NCBI GenBank assembly: GCA_008632985.1
Contig: QPGO01000009.1
Span: forward strand, 62,001-126,000
DNA length: 64,000 nt
Reading direction: 5' to 3'
DNA from: Psammoneis japonica
Taxonomy: Eukaryota
Under the pieces are notes generated by a model that ran no database searches, had not been told where the DNA came from, and saw only the letters and a program-made list of their open reading frames with translations. The first letter of the stretch is position 1, and each line of letters starts with the position of its first letter. A program made the position numbers and the translations under genes. This document shows positions 61,465 to 64,000 of the stretch, in pieces.

Positions 61465-64000
61465 CTTGCACCGCAAGAGGAGTCTTGCACTCTGCTGGAC
61501 ATTGGGAAGCCCAGAAAAAGGGCCAAAGTAATTCACACTAGTCCAGCAGTCGTCGCCTGCATGAACACTTCATTGGGCAAGGCGAAAAATGAGCCTCTGT
61601 GTGTTCTCCTTGATGGCGGAACATCGTCAACCACAATCTTGCGCAAATTCATGCGGAAACTCAGAACAAAAGCATCCGCCACCAAACTCTGGGAAACCAA
61701 AGGAGGGCTCTTCACGACTGACAGCCGATGTAAGATCCAATTCTCCTTGCCCGAATTTGACAAACACAAGATGATTGAAACAACGGTGTGTGTTGACAAC
61801 TCCCCTTCTTCTTCGAGTCGTTGTGATGTGATCATGGGACGCGACTTAATGTCAAGTCTTGGGACAATGTTGGACTTCTCGAATGAAGAAATTAAGTGGG
61901 AAGATGCAACTGCTCCTGTGAAGAATGTTGATGCACTCTTCGATGCCGATGTTTTTAAGTTGATTGCCGATCACATTGAGGAATCTCATGCAGTGATTGG
62001 TCTCAATGACAGGGTCAATCGGATCCTTGACTCAGACTGTCACGCTGCAAACCTCAACAATGTGACCGCAGCAGCTGCTCATCTAACTCCTGAAGAGCAG
62101 AAGCAGCTGAACTTCCTCTTAAAAAGATTTGAAAACCTTTTCGATGGTTCTCCAGGCAAATGGACCGGGAAACCGGTGGATTTAAAGTTGAAATCGGGCG
62201 TGAGTCCGCATCATGCCAAACCATTTCCCGTGCCACAAGCCTTGGAGGCGACTGCTCGTAAGGAGGTTGAAAGACTGTGCAAGTTGAAAGTCTTGAGAAA
62301 AATGGGTTGTTCTGAATGGGCGGCTCCAACCTTTGTTCAACCCAAGAAAAATGGCAGAGTTCGGTTCTCGTCCGACTTTCGAGAGCCAAACAAGAGGTTG
62401 GTTCGTGCTCCGTTTCCTCTGCCCAACATTCAGGATGTGCTGCAGAAGCTTGAAGGCTTCATGTGTGCAACGTCCCTGGATTTGAACATGGGATGCCATC
62501 ATGTCGAATTGACGCCGCGCGCACGTCGCTTGTGCACGATCGTCATGCCTTGGGGCAAATGTGAGTGCTGTAGACTCCCGATGGGAATCTGTGGAGCTCC
62601 AGATGTTTTCCAAGAGCACATGAGTGAGCTCATGGCAGGTCTGGAGTTCGTCAGAACTTGTGTTGACGATGTGTTGTGTCTTGCAAAAAGTGATTTTCAA
62701 GACCACCTCAAGAAGCTTGAAACGGTGTTCTTGCACCTGGAACAAGCCGGATTGAAGGTCAACGCCGAGAAGTCCTTTTTCGCCAAACCCGAAGTAGACT
62801 GTCTGGGCTTTCATGTCACCCGCAAGGGCATCAGCCCGATTCCAAAAAAAGCAGAAGCGATTCACGCGATCGCAACTCCCAAAACTCGCAAGGAATTGCG
62901 ACGCTTTGTCGGCATGATCAACTGCTGTCGAGACATGTGGCCTCGACGATCTCATGTTTTAGCTCCCTTAGCCAAACTCACTTCTACCCAAGTAAAGTGG
63001 CAATGGACCAAAACAGAACAAAAAGCCTTCGAAAACATGAAGCGCATCATCTCCAAAGATGTGCTGTTGTCACACCCGAATTTTAACATGCCCTTTGAGA
63101 CATGTGCCGATGCTAGCAAATCTCAATTGGGGGCGGTTGTTACTCAGAAAAACCGACCAATTGCCTTCTACAGCCGCAAGCTGAATGGAGCGCAGACGCG
63201 TTGTGCTACAACGGAAAAAGAGCTGTTGTCCACAGTGGAGACGTTAAAAGAGTTCCGAAATGTGCTGTTTGGCCAACAGATAAACATGTGCACGGATCAC
63301 AAAAATCTCACACACAAAAATTTCACAACGGACAGAGTCATGCGTTGGCGTCTAATGATAGAAGAATGCAGTCCCGAAATGATGTACCTTGAGGGCAAGG
63401 CAAATGTTGTCGCAGACGCGATTAGCCGACTTACTGTGAAGAAAATAGGAAACCCTCAGCACAGAAGAGCTAGCTGAAAAGGTCCTGCCAAAATCCTACG
63501 ACAATGTCTTTCCGTTAAATTACAAAGTTCTTGATTCTGAACAAAAACGGGATAAAGACATTCTCTCCCAATTGTCAAATAAGACGTTTCATACGAAGAC
63601 TTTTCGTGGAGGCGAGCGAGACCGGTTGCTCACATGTCATAAGGATAAAATTGTCGTCCCGAGGACGTTACAAAAGGCAGTGATAGATTGGTGTCATACA
63701 TGCCTTCTTCACCCTGGCATAAATCGAACAGAAGAAACAATCTCACAACACCTATGGTGGTCCACCTTACGTGAAGACATACGAAAATACGTGTCGAGAT
63801 GTGAGACGTGCCAAAAATTCAAAAAGAAACACAAGAAATGTGGACATTTACCTCCCAAGTGCGCAGAATCCGCACCATGGGAACGACTGTGTGTGGACCT
63901 TGTTGGGCCATACAAAACACGTCGTAAGGGAAAGAAGAAACCCCTGGTCCTGAAATGTTTGGCTGTGATCGATCCAGCAACCGGATGGTTTGAAGTTGTG
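61465..64000 (+). pseudogene. pol: Gypsy Pol (protease, RT, RNase H, integrase), inactivated by missense hypermutation and a frameshift near 63450
   Basis: LLDGGTS, ATSLDLNMG, CVDD (for YIDD), ADAS, TDHKNL, KANVVADAISR; HHCC and PWERLCVDLVGP in the downstream frame. Confidence 0.93.

Larger units (their letters stand above)
59895..64000 (+). mobile_element. Ty3/Gypsy LTR retrotransposon (copy 2), runs off the window; 5' LTR at 59895-60273
   Basis: LTR homologous to 3390-3756; domain order gag-PR-RT-RH-IN. Confidence 0.96.

Noticed and set aside
61465..63477. Alternative genetic code (TGY read as Tyr) or classical RIP
   Set aside because: Host genes in the window use Tyr codons normally, the changes also affect non-coding LTRs, and RIP would increase TpA and create stops.

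Overview
Eukaryotic nuclear DNA. The 18S sequence and the GT-AG introns with CTAAC branch points fit a raphid pennate diatom. The window holds several apparently intact genes: a class-3 lipase, MFAP1, an aquaglyceroporin, a CNNM/DUF21 transporter, RPS14 and a 1363-aa multidomain enzyme. It also holds many pseudogene fragments and local duplications, two Ty3/Gypsy LTR retrotransposons plus fragments, a satellite, and one complete minus-strand rDNA unit (18S-5.8S-28S). Three things stand out. (1) Transposons and repeats, but not genes or rRNA, carry a strong, context-specific TpA->TpG/CpA (A:T->G:C) hypermutation. This is the mirror image of fungal RIP. It is visible directly in LTR pairs, paralog comparisons and wholesale Tyr->Cys/His replacement in pol (YIDD->CVDD), and suggests an adenine-directed genome-defence system. 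(2) A 102-bp spliceosomal-type intron interrupts the peptidyl-transferase centre of the 28S rRNA gene. (3) One four-exon gene fuses glutaredoxin, a PPC-decarboxylase-type flavoprotein, ankyrin, a gamma-glutamylamine cyclotransferase, a His-rich linker and two phytochelatin-synthase domains, which together outline a possible glutathione-to-cysteamine pathway. All calls come from reading the sequence; no searches were run, so novelty against the literature is unverified.
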